The position numbers and the translations under genes were made by a program. Positions 15,643-27,015 of a stretch of DNA of 27,079 nt are shown one piece after another. Every line of letters starts with the position of its first letter. Within the stretch, counting starts at the first letter, position 1. The DNA is taken from NCBI GenBank assembly GCA_036477885.1, contig JAZGDP010000093.1, positions 1 to 27,079 of the forward strand, written 5' to 3'. The notes under the pieces are model-generated. The model did not search any database. It saw only the letters and a program-made list of their open reading frames with translations, and was not told the DNA's origin. Source of the stretch: Dehalococcoidia bacterium (lineage in GTDB: Bacteria > Chloroflexota > Dehalococcoidia > JAZGDP01).

Positions 15643-17727
15643 ATGTCTACGATGTCACAAGGTAACGGCTTAGAAAAGATACGCAACATCGGCTTTATAG
15701 CCCATATCGATGCGGGGAAAACCACCCTCACCGAGAGGGTCCTATATTATACCGGCAAGACCTACAAAATGGGGGAGGTACACGAAGGGACCACGGTGAT
15801 GGATTGGATGGAGCAGGAGCGAGAGCGAGGCATAACTATTACCGCTGCAGCCACCACTTGCCACTGGAGGGATACCACCATAAACATCATAGATACCCCA
15901 GGTCACGTGGATTTCACCGCCGAGGTGGAAAGGAGCCTGAGGGTGCTGGATGGAGGTGTAGTGGTCTTCGATGCGGTGGCCGGCGTCGAGCCTCAATCGG
16001 AGACGGTGTGGCGACAGGCCAATAAATATGGAGTGCCCCGGATATGCTTCGTCAATAATATGGACAGAGTTGGGGCCGATTTTCAGCGCACGGTGGATAT
16101 GATTACCGAGCGGCTTAAAGCCAAGCCCTTGCCTATTCAACTGCCCCTGGGAGTGGAGGAATCCTTCCGAGGGGTTATTGATATTATCGAGAGGCGAGCC
16201 TGGATATACTCCGACGATAACCACACCAACCCCATCGAAGCCCCCATACCTGATGACCACCAAGAGATAGTCTCCCAATACAGGGAGGCTATTATTGAGA
16301 AGATCGCCGAGACCCAGGATTCCCTGCTGGTCAAGTACCTGGAAGGGGAAGAGTTAACGGTGCCCGAGCTCAAGGAGGGGCTGCGCAAGGCCACCATATC
16401 CAGTATCTTTGTGCCAGTCTTGTGCGGCAGCGCCTTACGCAACAAAGGGATTCAGCCCATGTTGGATGCCGTGATCGACTATCTTCCCTCCCCTCTAGAT
16501 GTGCCCTCGGTCAAGGCTATACACCCAAAGACCCATCAAGAGGAATACATAGAACACACCAAAAGCGCCCCCTTCGTCGCCCTGGCCTTCAAGGTGGTAT
16601 CGGATCCCTATGTAGGCCGATTGGTATACTGCCGCGTATATTCGGGCAAGCTTAAGTCGGGGGCCACCATCTACAATGCCACCAAGGATTTAAAGGAGCG
16701 GATAGGGCGCTTGCTTAGGATGCACGCCAAGCGCCGGGAGGAGTTGACCGAGGTCCAGGCGGGGGATATCTTCGCCGCCGTGGGACTCAAAAACACCTTC
16801 ACCAGCGATACTATCTGCGACTACGCTAACCCGACAATTCTGGAATCCATCAGTTTTCCCGAGCCAGTCATATCGGTGGCCATTGAACCCAAGACCAAGG
16901 CAGACCAGGATAAATTGGGGAATGCTCTATCTAAGATGGGGGAGGAGGACCCAACCTTTGAAGTGAATTACAATGGAGAAACGGGACAAACCACCGTAGC
17001 AGGTATGGGGGAACTGCACCTGGAGGTTATAGTAGAGCGCATAAGACGGGAATACAGCGTCGAGGCCAAAGTGGGCACTCCTCAGGTGGCTTATAAAGAG
17101 GCCATTACCAGACCCTCGCAAGCCGAATGTAGATTCGTCAAGCAAACAGGAGGGAGGGGGCAGTACGGCCACGTCAAGATAGAGCTGGAGCCCAGGGAGA
17201 GGGGTCAAGGGTTTGAGTTTGTAAAACGTATTAGGGGAGGGGTGATACCCCAAGAGTATATACCATCGGTGGAGCGAGGCATCAAGGAGGCCCTAGAAAC
17301 AGGGGTGCTAGCAGGTTACCCCATGATAGATGTAAAGGCAACCTTGTACGATGGCAGTTATCATACGGTGGATTCCTCGGACATCGCCTTTAAAATGGCC
17401 GGCTCTCTGGCTTTCAAAGAGGCGGCTCGAAAGGCCCGCCCAGCTCTATTGGAGCCCATTATGAGAATAGAGGTGACTACCCCGGGGGAATTCCTGGGCG
17501 ATATCCTGGGAGACCTAAACAGTCGCAGGGCCAGAATAAAGGGCATAGAGGGGCGTGCCGATTTCCAGGTAATCCAGGCCCTTATCCCTTTGGCAGAGAC
17601 CTTTGGGTACACCACCCAGCTGAGGTCCATGAGCCGAGGTAGGGCCAGCTATTCCCTGGAGTTCTATCATTATGCCCAGCTTCCAGAGGAGCTATCTCAG
17701 AAAATAGTAAGCAAGGGTCAATTATAG
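15643..17727 (+). CDS. fusA: Elongation factor G
   Basis: [22 protein letters not shown] and [12 protein letters not shown]; G4 reads NNMD. Confidence 0.97.
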   Translation: MSTMSQGNGLEKIRNIGFIAHIDAGKTTLTERVLYYTGKTYKMGEVHEGTTVMDWMEQERERGITITAAATTCHWRDTTINIIDTPGHVDFTAEVERSLRVLDGGVVVFDAVAGVEPQSETVWRQANKYGVPRICFVNNMDRVGADFQRTVDMITERLKAKPLPIQLPLGVEESFRGVIDIIERRAWIYSDDNHTNPIEAPIPDDHQEIVSQYREAIIEKIAETQDSLLVKYLEGEELTVPELKEGLRKATISSIFVPVLCGSALRNKGIQPMLDAVIDYLPSPLDVPSVKAIHPKTHQEEYIEHTKSAPFVALAFKVVSDPYVGRLVYCRVYSGKLKSGATIYNATKDLKERIGRLLRMHAKRREELTEVQAGDIFAAVGLKNTFTSDTICDYANPTILESISFPEPVISVAIEPKTKADQDKLGNALSKMGEEDPTFEVNYNGETGQTTVAGMGELHLEVIVERIRREYSVEAKVGTPQVAYKEAITRPSQAECRFVKQTGGRGQYGHVKIELEPRERGQGFEFVKRIRGGVIPQEYIPSVERGIKEALETGVLAGYPMIDVKATLYDGSYHTVDSSDIAFKMAGSLAFKEAARKARPALLEPIMRIEVTTPGEFLGDILGDLNSRRARIKGIEGRADFQVIQALIPLAETFGYTTQLRSMSRGRASYSLEFYHYAQLPEELSQKIVSKGQL

Positions 17728-17744
17728 AGGTGTAGAGATATTCC

Positions 17745-18053
17745 ATGCCTAAACAGAAGATACGCATCAAGCTAAAGGCCTTTGACCATCGCATCATCGA
17801 CCAGTCGGCCACCCTTATCGTGGAGGCGGCGGAACGGACCGGCGCAGGGGTGACAGGTCCCATTCCCCTGCCCACTCATATTAAGAGATTCTGTGTCATT
17901 CGCTCCCCTCACATAGATAAAGACTCTCGTGAGCAGTTCGAGATAAGAACCCATAAGCGATTGATCGAGGTGCTAGAGCCCACCAGCAAGACTATAGATG
18001 CACTGACTCGACTAAATCTGCCGGCGGGAGTGGATATAGAGATCAAGCTTTAG
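17745..18053 (+). CDS. rpsJ: 30S ribosomal protein S10
   Basis: [24 protein letters not shown]. Confidence 0.98.
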   Translation: MPKQKIRIKLKAFDHRIIDQSATLIVEAAERTGAGVTGPIPLPTHIKRFCVIRSPHIDKDSREQFEIRTHKRLIEVLEPTSKTIDALTRLNLPAGVDIEIKL

Positions 18054-18087
18054 ACCTACCTGGCTGGGAAGGAAAGGCAGGCACAAG

Positions 18088-18711
18088 ATGATTGAGGGGC
18101 TAATAGGGAAAAAACTAGGAATGTCTCAGTTATTCACTGAGGATGGCACCGTTGAGGCGGTGACCATAGTGGAGATGGGGCCCTGTACCGTAACGCAGGT
18201 AAAGACGCCCGAAAGAGATGGGTATATGGCAGTTCAACTGGGATTTGAGGCCACTAAACGCCTGAATCAGCCTGAGCAGGGACACCTAAAGAAGTTGGGC
18301 ACCTTACGCCACCTTCGGGAGTTCCGAGTAACCGAGCCCAGCGATGTTCAAGAGGGTCAACAGGTAGATGTGAGCATATTCCAGCCGGGGGAAAAGGTGA
18401 ATGTAACGGGTATATCCAAAGGAAAAGGCTTCGCCGGGGTGGTTAAACGCCACCACTTTGCGGGCGGTCCTAAAACTCACGGCCAGTCCGACCGTCATAG
18501 GGCTCCTGGCTCTATCGGTGCCAGCGCCACGCCGGGGCGGGTTTTCAAAGGGCTTAGGATGGCAGGACACATGGGAAGTAAAAGGGTAACCACCCGAAAC
18601 CTAACTGTCCTAAGAGTGGACCAAGAGAAAAACCTCCTTTTCCTAAAAGGAACGGCTCCCGGGGGTGTCAATAACCTTTTGATCGTCAAAAAAGCGGAGA
18701 AGGTCCGCTAA
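18088..18711 (+). CDS. rplC: 50S ribosomal protein L3
   Basis: GKKLGMSQ, SKGKGFAG, HRAPGSIG. Confidence 0.98.
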   Translation: MIEGLIGKKLGMSQLFTEDGTVEAVTIVEMGPCTVTQVKTPERDGYMAVQLGFEATKRLNQPEQGHLKKLGTLRHLREFRVTEPSDVQEGQQVDVSIFQPGEKVNVTGISKGKGFAGVVKRHHFAGGPKTHGQSDRHRAPGSIGASATPGRVFKGLRMAGHMGSKRVTTRNLTVLRVDQEKNLLFLKGTAPGGVNNLLIVKKAEKVR

Positions 18712-18728
18712 GGTTCGCGAGGAGTGGG

Positions 18729-19391
18729 ATGCAAATTCCAGTGAAAAATAGAGCAGGTAAGCCTGTGGGGGAAATAGAGATCAACGACAAGGTGTTTGGT
18801 GTGCCTATGAACGCAGCCGTGGTCCATCAGGCCCTGGTAAGGCAACGGGCCAACGCTCGTCAGGGCACGGCCGACACCAAGACTCGCGGTGAGGTCATAG
18901 GAAGTAGAAGAAAGCTACATCCCCAAAAACATACAGGGCGGGCTAGGGCCGGAAATATCGGCTCGCCCCTTCGCAGGGGGGGAGGAGTGGCCTTTGGCCC
19001 CCATCCCAGGAGCTATACCCAGCAGATGCCCAAGAAGATGAGACGCCTAGCCCTAAAATGTGTCCTCTCCTCCAAAGCCTCGGAAAATCGGCTGTCGGTG
19101 ATCCAGAATTTAAACCTTAAAGAGGTCAAGACAAAGGAGATAGCCCATATGTTAGAGGCGCTGGAGGCGAAACCCTCCGCCCTCATCGTGACTTCAGAGA
19201 CAGACAGGAACATAGTAAAGTCCGCCGCCAATCTGCCCCGAGTTAAGACCTTGCCCGCCCCCCTCCTCAACGTTGTGGACCTGCTATCCCATCGCCATTT
19301 GATCATGACCGTGGATGCGGTGCGACGGGCAGAGGAGATATGGGGGACTAACGGCTCAGTAAAAAATCAAAAAGCTATCAGCAAGAGATAG
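18729..19391 (+). CDS. rplD: 50S ribosomal protein L4
   Basis: RQGTADTKTR, QKHTGRAR, GGGVAFGP. Confidence 0.97.
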   Translation: MQIPVKNRAGKPVGEIEINDKVFGVPMNAAVVHQALVRQRANARQGTADTKTRGEVIGSRRKLHPQKHTGRARAGNIGSPLRRGGGVAFGPHPRSYTQQMPKKMRRLALKCVLSSKASENRLSVIQNLNLKEVKTKEIAHMLEALEAKPSALIVTSETDRNIVKSAANLPRVKTLPAPLLNVVDLLSHRHLIMTVDAVRRAEEIWGTNGSVKNQKAISKR

Positions 19392-19442
19392 AGCACATTG
19401 ATGGTTGATTGAAAGATTGGCATAATAAGCAGGCAAAAGAAG

Positions 19443-19727
19443 ATGGAGCTTTTAGAGATAGTCCGAAGACCGATCATAACCGAGAAGAGTACAGCTCTTC
19501 AGGATAAAAACAAATATGCTTTTGAGGTAAGCTCTAAGGCCAATAAGATCCAGATTAAACAGTCGGTAGAGAAGGCGTTCAACGTGAAGGTCACCAAGGT
19601 GAACGTGATCACCATGCCAGGAAAGACGCGCTACGTGGGTCGGAGGCGAGTGTGTAGCTCCCCTTGGAAAAAGGCCATCGTTACCCTTAAAGAGGGGGAG
19701 AAGATAGAGATCTTCGAAAACGTATAA
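19443..19727 (+). CDS. rplW: 50S ribosomal protein L23
   Basis: RPIITEKS, WKKAIVTL. Confidence 0.97.
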   Translation: MELLEIVRRPIITEKSTALQDKNKYAFEVSSKANKIQIKQSVEKAFNVKVTKVNVITMPGKTRYVGRRRVCSSPWKKAIVTLKEGEKIEIFENV

Positions 19728-19819
19728 AAAATGTTTTTTATGATAGACATTGCGAAAATAAAGCGAGAGATAGATAGAGCGGATTCGTCAAGAGGAACCC
19801 TAAGGGGAGGAACGGATTT

Positions 19820-20644
19820 TTGGCGCTAAAGAGTTATAAACCTACCTCGCCAGGGCGGCGAGGCATGACTGGGGCCAGCTTCAAGGAGATAACCAAGAAG
19901 AGGCCCGAAAAGTCCCTCCTGGTCCCTCTAAAGAAGAGCGGAGGCAGAAACGCCAGGGGCAAGATAACGGTGCGACACCGTGGTGGTGGGGCCAAGAGAA
20001 TGCTGCGAATCCTGGATCTCAAACGGAATAAAGAGGGGATTCCGGGCAAGGTTGCCGCCATCGAATACGACCCCAATCGCTCGGCCCGAATAGCCCTTAT
20101 TCATTATGTAGATGGCGAGAAAAGATACATGCTGGCTCCTTTGGGTTTAAAGGTGGATGATACAGTGCTATCGGGGGAGGAGGCTGATATTAAGCCGGGC
20201 AATGCCCTGCCCCTCAGGCTCATTCCCACAGGCACCATGATTCATAACATCGAGCTTAAACCAGGCAGAGGAGGTCAGATAGTGCGTAGCGCGGGCACAT
20301 CGGCCCAACTTCTGGCCAAGGAGGACAAATATACTTTAGTCCGCCTTCCCTCAGGGGAGGTGCATAAGATATTAAGCCGATGTAAGGCCACTATAGGCCA
20401 GGTGGGCAATATAGACCATAAAAATATAAACCTGGGCAAGGCTGGCAAAAATCGCTGGAGAGGACGACGTCCCACAGTGCGGGGCTCGGCCATGAACCCC
20501 CGAGACCACCCCCACGGCGGTGGAGAGGGCAGGTCTCCTGTGGGAATGCCAGGCCCCAAGACACCCTGGGGCAAGCCTGCATTGGGTTACAGAACCAGGA
20601 GAAACAAGCGCACTGATAAGATGATCGTAAAGAGAAGGAAGTAG
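19820..20644 (+). CDS. rplB: 50S ribosomal protein L2
   Basis: [25 protein letters not shown]. Confidence 0.98.
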   Translation: MALKSYKPTSPGRRGMTGASFKEITKKRPEKSLLVPLKKSGGRNARGKITVRHRGGGAKRMLRILDLKRNKEGIPGKVAAIEYDPNRSARIALIHYVDGEKRYMLAPLGLKVDDTVLSGEEADIKPGNALPLRLIPTGTMIHNIELKPGRGGQIVRSAGTSAQLLAKEDKYTLVRLPSGEVHKILSRCKATIGQVGNIDHKNINLGKAGKNRWRGRRPTVRGSAMNPRDHPHGGGEGRSPVGMPGPKTPWGKPALGYRTRRNKRTDKMIVKRRK

Positions 20645-20646
20645 AG

Positions 20647-20937
20647 ATGTCCCGATCCACCAAGAAGGGCCCCTTTGTGGACCCCAAGTTGATGAAAAAG
20701 GTGAATGTCCTCATCAAAAATGACCAAAAAGCGGTGATTAAAACCTGGTCCAGGGCCTCAACCATCGTGCCGGAAATGCTTGGGTATACCCTGGCAGTCC
20801 ACGATGGAAGAAGACACGTGCCTATATACATTACCGAGAACATGGTGGGCCATAAGCTGGGGGAATTCGCCCCCACCAGGACCTTCCGAGGACACACTGG
20901 GAGATCGGAGAAGATCACCCAGATAAAGAGCGAATGA
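20647..20937 (+). CDS. rpsS: 30S ribosomal protein S19
   Basis: [18 protein letters not shown]. Confidence 0.98.
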   Translation: MSRSTKKGPFVDPKLMKKVNVLIKNDQKAVIKTWSRASTIVPEMLGYTLAVHDGRRHVPIYITENMVGHKLGEFAPTRTFRGHTGRSEKITQIKSE

Positions 20938-21013
20938 TCCTACACACTCACATGTGGAATAGCCTTTATAGAGCCGAGAAGTATATAACGAAAGGTGAAT
21001 TAAAGTATATAGC

Positions 21014-21349
21014 ATGGAAGTAATAGCCAAAAGCAGACAGGTTAAAGTATCGCCCAGCAAAGTAAGGCCCGTGCTGGACATAGTTAGGGGCAAAAAGGTA
21101 GAGGAGGCCTTGGCCATCCTTAAATTCATGCCTATGCCCTCGGCTCAACTGGTGGCCAAAACCATCAAATCTGCCTCGGCCAACGCCGAGAACAACTACC
21201 AGGTAGCGCTGGATTCGCTGAGGATCACCAAAATCTTCGCCGATAAGGGTCAGACCTTAAAAAGGTTTCGGCCTAGAGCTAGGGGAAGGGCAAGCCCTAT
21301 CCTAAAAAGACGCACCAATATAACGGTAGTAGTAGAGGAGGAGCTCTAA
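21014..21349 (+). CDS. rplV: 50S ribosomal protein L22
   Basis: SPSKVR, PRARGRA. Confidence 0.97.
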   Translation: MEVIAKSRQVKVSPSKVRPVLDIVRGKKVEEALAILKFMPMPSAQLVAKTIKSASANAENNYQVALDSLRITKIFADKGQTLKRFRPRARGRASPILKRRTNITVVVEEEL

Positions 21350-22096
21350 GTGGGTCAAAAGGTTCATCCCATAGGCTTTCGTGTGGGGATAATAAAGGAT
21401 TGGCAGGCCAAGTGGTTTGCCCATAAGGAGCATAGATATAGAGAGCTGATACTGGAGGACATCAACATACGTAAAGCCATCAAGTCCAAGTATGAGGAGG
21501 CGGGCATCGCCCGAGTAGAGATAGAGCGTGGCTCTAACGAGATAGTGATCGCTGTGCACACGGCCAGGCCAGGAATAGTAATAGGTCGAGGGGGACAAAG
21601 GGTGGAGGAGCTGCGAGCCCATTTAGAGAAGCTTACAGGAAAAAGGTGTCGCATAAACATTCAGGAGATCAGACAACCGGAGCTGGAGGCCTACTTAGTG
21701 GCTAGGAATGTGGCTGAGCAGTTAGAGCGAAGGGTGGCTTACAGGCGGGCGATAAGGCAGACCATCAGCCGCACCATGCAGGCAGGGGCCAAGGGGATAA
21801 AGATAACCTGCTCAGGAAGGCTGGGAGGGGCTGAGATAGCTCGCACGGAGAAGGCCAGGGAGGGGCGTGTTCCCCTCCATACCCTGCGAGCCGATATAGA
21901 CTACGACTTTGCGGAGGCCGCCACCACCTTGGGGCGTATAGGGGTTAAGGTATGGATATACAAGGGTGATATCCTTCCCGAGCCTAAAGAGGAGGAGATG
22001 GGGGAGGAGATGAAGACTATTGAGGTAACTATCGAGGGGCCGAAAGAGGAAGAAGATGTTACAACCGACTCGGGTGAAACATCGCAAAGCTCATAG
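21350..22096 (+). CDS. rpsC: 30S ribosomal protein S3
   Basis: [28 protein letters not shown]. Confidence 0.98.
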   Translation: MGQKVHPIGFRVGIIKDWQAKWFAHKEHRYRELILEDINIRKAIKSKYEEAGIARVEIERGSNEIVIAVHTARPGIVIGRGGQRVEELRAHLEKLTGKRCRINIQEIRQPELEAYLVARNVAEQLERRVAYRRAIRQTISRTMQAGAKGIKITCSGRLGGAEIARTEKAREGRVPLHTLRADIDYDFAEAATTLGRIGVKVWIYKGDILPEPKEEEMGEEMKTIEVTIEGPKEEEDVTTDSGETSQSS

Positions 22097-22472
22097 AGGA
22101 CGACGAAAAGGAACAGCCCATTCGGGCAATGCCGTCACCTTCGGTGAGTACGGCCTTAAAGCACTGGAGGGCTGTTGGATGACCAGTCGACAAATAGAGG
22201 CAGCCCGCCGAGCTATAACCCACCATTTAAAACGGGGCGGGCAAATCTGGATTCGCATCTTCCCCGATAAACCGGTGACCCGCAAGCCCGCGGAGACTCG
22301 CATGGGCAGCGGCAAAGGTAACGTAGACCACTGGGTGGCGGTGGTCAAACCCGGCCGTGTGCTTTTCGAGGTGGCAGGGGTCAGAGAAGAGCTGGCCAAG
22401 GAGGCCTTGCGCCTGGCGTCCCACAAGCTCCCCATAGCTACGACACTGGTGGGAAAAGAGGATGGATTTTAG
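22056..22472 (+). CDS. rplP: 50S ribosomal protein L16
   Basis: [18 protein letters not shown]. Confidence 0.98.
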   Translation: MLQPTRVKHRKAHRGRRKGTAHSGNAVTFGEYGLKALEGCWMTSRQIEAARRAITHHLKRGGQIWIRIFPDKPVTRKPAETRMGSGKGNVDHWVAVVKPGRVLFEVAGVREELAKEALRLASHKLPIATTLVGKEDGF

Positions 22473-22488
22473 AGTTGAGGAGTAGCCA

Positions 22489-22686
22489 TTGAAGGCAGCA
22501 GAGGCAAGAGCGATGACCCCCGAGGCTCTGACCACCGAGCTGGAGAAGACCTATAAGGAGCTATTTAATCTTCGGCAGCGGCAGGCAGCCAAAGAGTTAA
22601 CTAACTACCAGGAGATCCGCGAGACTAGGAAGAAGATAGCCCTAATTAAGACCATATTACGGGAAAGGGAGTTAGCGAGGGCCTAG
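22489..22686 (+). CDS. rpmC: 50S ribosomal protein L29
   Basis: ELFNLR, IALIKTILRE; expected position. Confidence 0.93.
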   Translation: MKAAEARAMTPEALTTELEKTYKELFNLRQRQAAKELTNYQEIRETRKKIALIKTILRERELARA

Positions 22687-22692
22687 CCGATT

Positions 22693-22989
22693 ATGACCCC
22701 TAAGCGAAAGGTTAGAATAGGCCGTGTAGTAAGCAACAAAACGGATAAAACGGTAGTTGTAGCCGTAGAGTGGCGCAGGATCCATCCCTTATACAAGCGC
22801 GCGATGCGCCGGATTACTAAGTTTAAGGCCCACGATAAGGACAATGCATGCCAAGTGGGCGACACGGTTAAACTGGTGGAAACTAGGCCCCTGTCCAAAG
22901 AGAAACGATGGAGAGTGGCGGAGATAGTAACCAGAGCCGAAATAGTAGAGGTTAGACCCCAAGACATAGATAAGGCGGAGGAGGAATGA
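22693..22989 (+). CDS. rpsQ: 30S ribosomal protein S17
   Basis: [22 protein letters not shown]. Confidence 0.97.
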   Translation: MTPKRKVRIGRVVSNKTDKTVVVAVEWRRIHPLYKRAMRRITKFKAHDKDNACQVGDTVKLVETRPLSKEKRWRVAEIVTRAEIVEVRPQDIDKAEEE

Positions 22990-23354
22990 TTCAAGCCTTT
23001 ACCCGCTTAAAGATAGCCGATAATTCAGGGGCCAAGGTGGTTATGTGTATAAACGTCCTTGGGGGCACTCGAAGGCGCTATGCTAGAGTGGGCGATGTTA
23101 TAGTGGCCTCGGTAAAAGAGGCCCTGCCCGCCTCCGCGGTAAGAAAGGGGGAGGTGGTGCGAGCAGTGGTAGTTCGTACCGCTAAGCCCTACCGTAGGCC
23201 CGATGGCTCCTACATAAGATTCGACGAAAACGCTGCAGTGATACTGGGAGAGAAGAATAATCCCAGAGGCACCCGCATCTTCGGGCCCGTGGCTCGAGAG
23301 CTGAGAGATAAGAAGTTTGTAAAGATCATCTCGTTAGCGCCTGAGGTTTTGTGA
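22986..23354 (+). CDS. rplN: 50S ribosomal protein L14
   Basis: [20 protein letters not shown]. Confidence 0.98.
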   Translation: MIQAFTRLKIADNSGAKVVMCINVLGGTRRRYARVGDVIVASVKEALPASAVRKGEVVRAVVVRTAKPYRRPDGSYIRFDENAAVILGEKNNPRGTRIFGPVARELRDKKFVKIISLAPEVL

Positions 23355-23355
23355 T

Positions 23356-23667
23356 ATGAAAATCCGTAAGAACGATACCGTTCTAGTTTTAACGGGTAAA
23401 GAGAGGGGCAAGAGGGGCAAAGTCTATAGGGTAAACCCTTCGGCTAATGTTATCGTGGTGGAGGGGTTAAATATGGTTAAACGCCATATGAAACCCAAGC
23501 CCGGGCTCGCTCAGGCAGGCATCATCGAGCGGGAGGCACCTATCCATATCTCTAACCTCATGCTCATTTGCCCCAGCTGTAATGAAGCCGTTAGGGCTGG
23601 AACCAAGCGCTCAGAAGAAGGGAAAAAGGTGAGGGTCTGTAAGTCATGCCAAGAGGAGATCGAGTAG
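23356..23667 (+). CDS. rplX: 50S ribosomal protein L24
   Basis: [16 protein letters not shown]. Confidence 0.97.
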   Translation: MKIRKNDTVLVLTGKERGKRGKVYRVNPSANVIVVEGLNMVKRHMKPKPGLAQAGIIEREAPIHISNLMLICPSCNEAVRAGTKRSEEGKKVRVCKSCQEEIE

Positions 23668-24260
23668 CAACCAAGAAGGGCAAAAAGGCCGAGGAGAAGG
23701 CAGAGGAACAACAAGCGCCTCCCGGGCTGAAGCTGAAGTACCAGCAAGAGATGGTATCCGCTCTCATGAAGGAACTCAACTATACCAACCCTATGCAGGT
23801 GCCCCGGCTGAAGAAAATAGTCCTGAATGTGAGCCTAGGAGAGGCCCTACAGAATCCCAAAGCCATCGAATCGGCCACCAAGGATCTGTCCATCATCTCG
23901 GGGCAGCAGCCTGTAGTAACCAGGGCCAAAAAGTCGGTTGCGGCCTTCAAGCTGCGCAAGGGCATGGCCATCGGTATTATGCTCACCCTGCGAGGCAGGA
24001 TGATGTGGGATTTCTTCGATAGGCTAGTAAACGTCTCCCTCCCCCGCATTCGAGACTTCCGTGGGGTACCGCAAGAGGGGTTCGATGGGCGAGGCAACTA
24101 TAACTTGGGCCTTAGAGAGCAGGTGATCTTTCCTGAGATAGAGTACAGCCAGGTGGAGCGCCTGCGAGGCCTCCAGATCTGTGTCGTCACCACTGCAGCC
24201 ACCGACGAGGAGTGTAAACGCCTCTTGGAACTATTGGGAATGCCCTTTAGTAGAGATTAA
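23646..24260 (+). CDS. rplE: 50S ribosomal protein L5 with N-terminal extension
   Basis: [26 protein letters not shown]; exact start uncertain. Confidence 0.96.
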   Translation: MPRGDRVATKKGKKAEEKAEEQQAPPGLKLKYQQEMVSALMKELNYTNPMQVPRLKKIVLNVSLGEALQNPKAIESATKDLSIISGQQPVVTRAKKSVAAFKLRKGMAIGIMLTLRGRMMWDFFDRLVNVSLPRIRDFRGVPQEGFDGRGNYNLGLREQVIFPEIEYSQVERLRGLQICVVTTAATDEECKRLLELLGMPFSRD

Positions 24261-24290
24261 CTGAAGCAGTAGAAGAGGAAAGGGATAAGT

Positions 24291-24476
24291 TTGGCAAAGT
24301 TATCCAAGATAAATAAGTGGAAGAGGCCCCCTAAATATAAAGTCCAATATCATAACAGGTGTCATCTTTGCGGCAGGCCCAGGGCCTATATTAGACATTT
24401 TGGACTGTGTCGAATCTGTTTCCGCACTCTAGCCCTTAGGGGGGAGATGCCGGGCGTACGTAAGGCAAGCTGGTAG
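24291..24476 (+). CDS. rpsN: 30S ribosomal protein S14, type Z (Zn-binding)
   Basis: [15 protein letters not shown], 61 aa. Confidence 0.97.
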   Translation: MAKLSKINKWKRPPKYKVQYHNRCHLCGRPRAYIRHFGLCRICFRTLALRGEMPGVRKASW

Positions 24477-24499
24477 TACATGGAGTCCCGAGGAAGTAA

Positions 24500-24898
24500 A
24501 TGAGCGTTACAGACCCAATAGCCGATATGCTAACCAGAATAAGGAACGCCGCTACCGCCGGGCATCCCTCGGTGCTGGTGCCGGCCTCCCGGTTAAAGAT
24601 ATCCATCGCCCGAATTCTCAAGGAGGAGGGATTTATCAAGGACTATGAGGTCTTGGGGGGCAGTGTCCAAAAGACCATCAAGCTATATCTTATCTATAGA
24701 GAAGAGAAGGAGCCAGCCATAAGGGGACTGGAGAGAAAAAGCAAACCAGGTCGAAGGGTCTACACACCCACAAAGGAGATCCCCAGGGTTTACGGAGGCA
24801 TAGGCATCGCTATCCTTTCTACTCCTCAAGGAGTGATGACAGGCCAACAGGCTCGTCACAAAGGTGTAGGTGGCGAGCTTATCTGCTACGTCTGGTGA
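24500..24898 (+). CDS. rpsH: 30S ribosomal protein S8
   Basis: DPIADMLTRIRNA, SKPGRRVY. Confidence 0.98.
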   Translation: MSVTDPIADMLTRIRNAATAGHPSVLVPASRLKISIARILKEEGFIKDYEVLGGSVQKTIKLYLIYREEKEPAIRGLERKSKPGRRVYTPTKEIPRVYGGIGIAILSTPQGVMTGQQARHKGVGGELICYVW

Positions 24899-24916
24899 TA
24901 AGGAGAAAAGAGGAAG

Positions 24917-25462
24917 ATGTCCAGGGTAGGCAAAGTGCCTATAAGAGTACCCAAAGGAGTAGAGGTAACCATCAATGGCTCCCAGGTAAGGGTGAAAGGG
25001 CCCAAGGGCGAGCTTTCTCAATCCTTTCACCAGGACATGATAATAGCCCTCGATGACGACCTTCTGACAGTATCAAGGCCCAGCGATGATCGCCTCCATC
25101 GTTCCCTTCACGGCCTTACTCGAACCCTTCTGGCCAATATAGTAGAGGGGGTGAGCCAGGGGTTTCAGAAGACCCTGGAGATGGTGGGGGTGGGATATAG
25201 GGCTCAAATGACGGGAGGAAAACTGATGCTGCAGGTGGGCTATTCCCACCAGGTGGAGATAGTCCCTCCTCCATCCATTACCCTGGAGGTGGAAGGCAAC
25301 AATCGAATTCACGTGCGAGGGATAGATAGACAGATGGTGGGGCAAATAGCCGCGAAAATACGAGCGGTCAAACCCCCAGACCCTTACAAGGGAAAGGGCA
25401 TCAGGTACGCCGGTGAACAGGTACGTCTCAAGCCAGGCAAGGGGGCCGTTAAAACTATTTAG
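24917..25462 (+). CDS. rplF: 50S ribosomal protein L6
   Basis: [17 protein letters not shown]. Confidence 0.98.
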   Translation: MSRVGKVPIRVPKGVEVTINGSQVRVKGPKGELSQSFHQDMIIALDDDLLTVSRPSDDRLHRSLHGLTRTLLANIVEGVSQGFQKTLEMVGVGYRAQMTGGKLMLQVGYSHQVEIVPPPSITLEVEGNNRIHVRGIDRQMVGQIAAKIRAVKPPDPYKGKGIRYAGEQVRLKPGKGAVKTI

Positions 25463-25464
25463 TC

Positions 25465-25830
25465 ATGTCTATTAAAAGTAGAAGAGAAGGCCGACTGAGG
25501 AGACATCGTAGAATCAGGTTCAAAGTAAAGGGAACGGCCGATAGTCCCCGACTTTGTGTCTTCAGAAGCCTTAATCATATGTATGCCCAGATCATCGACG
25601 ATAGTCGAGGGCAGACCATCGTCTCCGCCTCCACCCTGGACCCTCAACTAAAAGAGGAGGCCAAAAACAGGAAAAAACGAGAGGCGGCCCAATTAGTGGG
25701 TTCCTTGGTGGCCCAAAGGGCTCGGGAGAAAGGCATCGCCCGAGTTACTTTAGACCGGGCCGGGTACAAGTATTTCGGTAGAGTGCAAGCCCTAGCGGAA
25801 GCAGCTCGGAAGGCAGGGTTAGAGTTTTGA
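25465..25830 (+). CDS. rplR: 50S ribosomal protein L18
   Basis: [22 protein letters not shown]. Confidence 0.97.
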   Translation: MSIKSRREGRLRRHRRIRFKVKGTADSPRLCVFRSLNHMYAQIIDDSRGQTIVSASTLDPQLKEEAKNRKKREAAQLVGSLVAQRAREKGIARVTLDRAGYKYFGRVQALAEAARKAGLEF

Positions 25831-26360
25831 TTGATCGCGATAAGAGCAGAAAGATAGGAGAGCCTGAGGAGTTAGACCTCACCGAGAAGGTGGTGGATAT
25901 AAAACGAGTGGCAAAGGTAGTCAAAGGAGGGCGTAGGTTTAGTTTTAACGCCATGGTAGTAGTGGGCGATGGCAATGGTCGGGTAGGTGCCGGCTTAGGC
26001 AAGGCGAAAAACGTGCCCGATGCCGTCAGAAAAGCCAATACTGTCGCCAGGAAAAACCTGATAAACGTATCCCTCAAAGAGACCACCATTCCTCATGAAC
26101 AATTAATCAAATATGGAGCCGCCAAGGTGCTCTTAAAGCCCGCCTCTCCAGGCACTGGCGTCATAGCTGGAGGGGCAGTCAGGGCAGTGGTGGAGGCAGT
26201 GGGCATAAAGGATATCCTCACCAAATCCCTGGGAAACCCTAATCCTATTAACGTGGTCAAGGCGACGCTACTAGGATTGGGCCAGCTTAGAGACCCTAAA
26301 GAGGAGAGGGAAAAGCGAAAGCAAGCGGTGGAAAAGACTACATCTGAAGAAGGATCCTGA
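25827..26360 (+). CDS. rpsE: 30S ribosomal protein S5
   Basis: [18 protein letters not shown]. Confidence 0.98.
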   Translation: MIDRDKSRKIGEPEELDLTEKVVDIKRVAKVVKGGRRFSFNAMVVVGDGNGRVGAGLGKAKNVPDAVRKANTVARKNLINVSLKETTIPHEQLIKYGAAKVLLKPASPGTGVIAGGAVRAVVEAVGIKDILTKSLGNPNPINVVKATLLGLGQLRDPKEEREKRKQAVEKTTSEEGS

Positions 26361-26362
26361 AG

Positions 26363-26542
26363 GTGTTACGTATAACCCTTAAGAAGAGCCCTATAGGATA
26401 CTCCAAAGACCAGGTAAGAACGGTAAAGGCCCTGGGATTCAAGCGCCTTAACCAAACGATAATTCAAGGTGACTCCCCTTCTGTCCGTGGTATGATAGAA
26501 AAGGTAAAACATTTGGTCAGGGTAGAGGAGTCGGAGGAATAA
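26363..26542 (+). CDS. rpmD: 50S ribosomal protein L30 (missing from the ORF track)
   Basis: GTG start gives [47 protein letters not shown], 59 aa, between rpsE and rplO. Confidence 0.93.
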   Translation: MLRITLKKSPIGYSKDQVRTVKALGFKRLNQTIIQGDSPSVRGMIEKVKHLVRVEESEE

Positions 26543-26553
26543 GAGAGAAGTCG

Positions 26554-27015
26554 ATGAGACAGGATGAGCTGGCTCCCCCGCCAGGAGGCAGGAAAAAAAG
26601 GAGGCGGGTGGGGCGAGGATATGGCAGTGGTCGAGGCACCACAGCAGGGCGGGGAACAAAGGGCCAAAAGTCCCGCTCTGGAGGAGGGGTGCGCCCTGGC
26701 TTCGAGGGGGGACAGTTACCCTTAATTAAACGTATGCCCTCTAAGCGGGGATTTACTAACATCTTCAAGCGAGAATATAACGTGGTTAATTTGAGGGAGT
26801 TGGGCACCTTTAAAGAGGGTGTTGAAGTGGACCCTCAAACTCTCATGGAGGCAGGGCTGGTCAAATCCCTTCAGAAGCCTATCAAGATATTGGGTGACGG
26901 CGAAATTAGCAAACCTCTCACAGTGAAGGCCAACAAATTCTCCCAATCGGCCAAGAGAAAGATTGAGGCGGCGGGAGGAAGGACGGAGGAGTTGGTAAGT
27001 GCGTCAACAAGCTGA
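26554..27015 (+). CDS. rplO: 50S ribosomal protein L15
   Basis: [22 protein letters not shown]. Confidence 0.98.
   Translation: MRQDELAPPPGGRKKRRRVGRGYGSGRGTTAGRGTKGQKSRSGGGVRPGFEGGQLPLIKRMPSKRGFTNIFKREYNVVNLRELGTFKEGVEVDPQTLMEAGLVKSLQKPIKILGDGEISKPLTVKANKFSQSAKRKIEAAGGRTEELVSASTS

Noticed and set aside
20979-21011. AAGTATATA direct repeat in the rpsS-rplV spacer resembling the ArsR operator half-site
   Set aside because: Direct rather than inverted, low complexity and AT-rich; probably chance.
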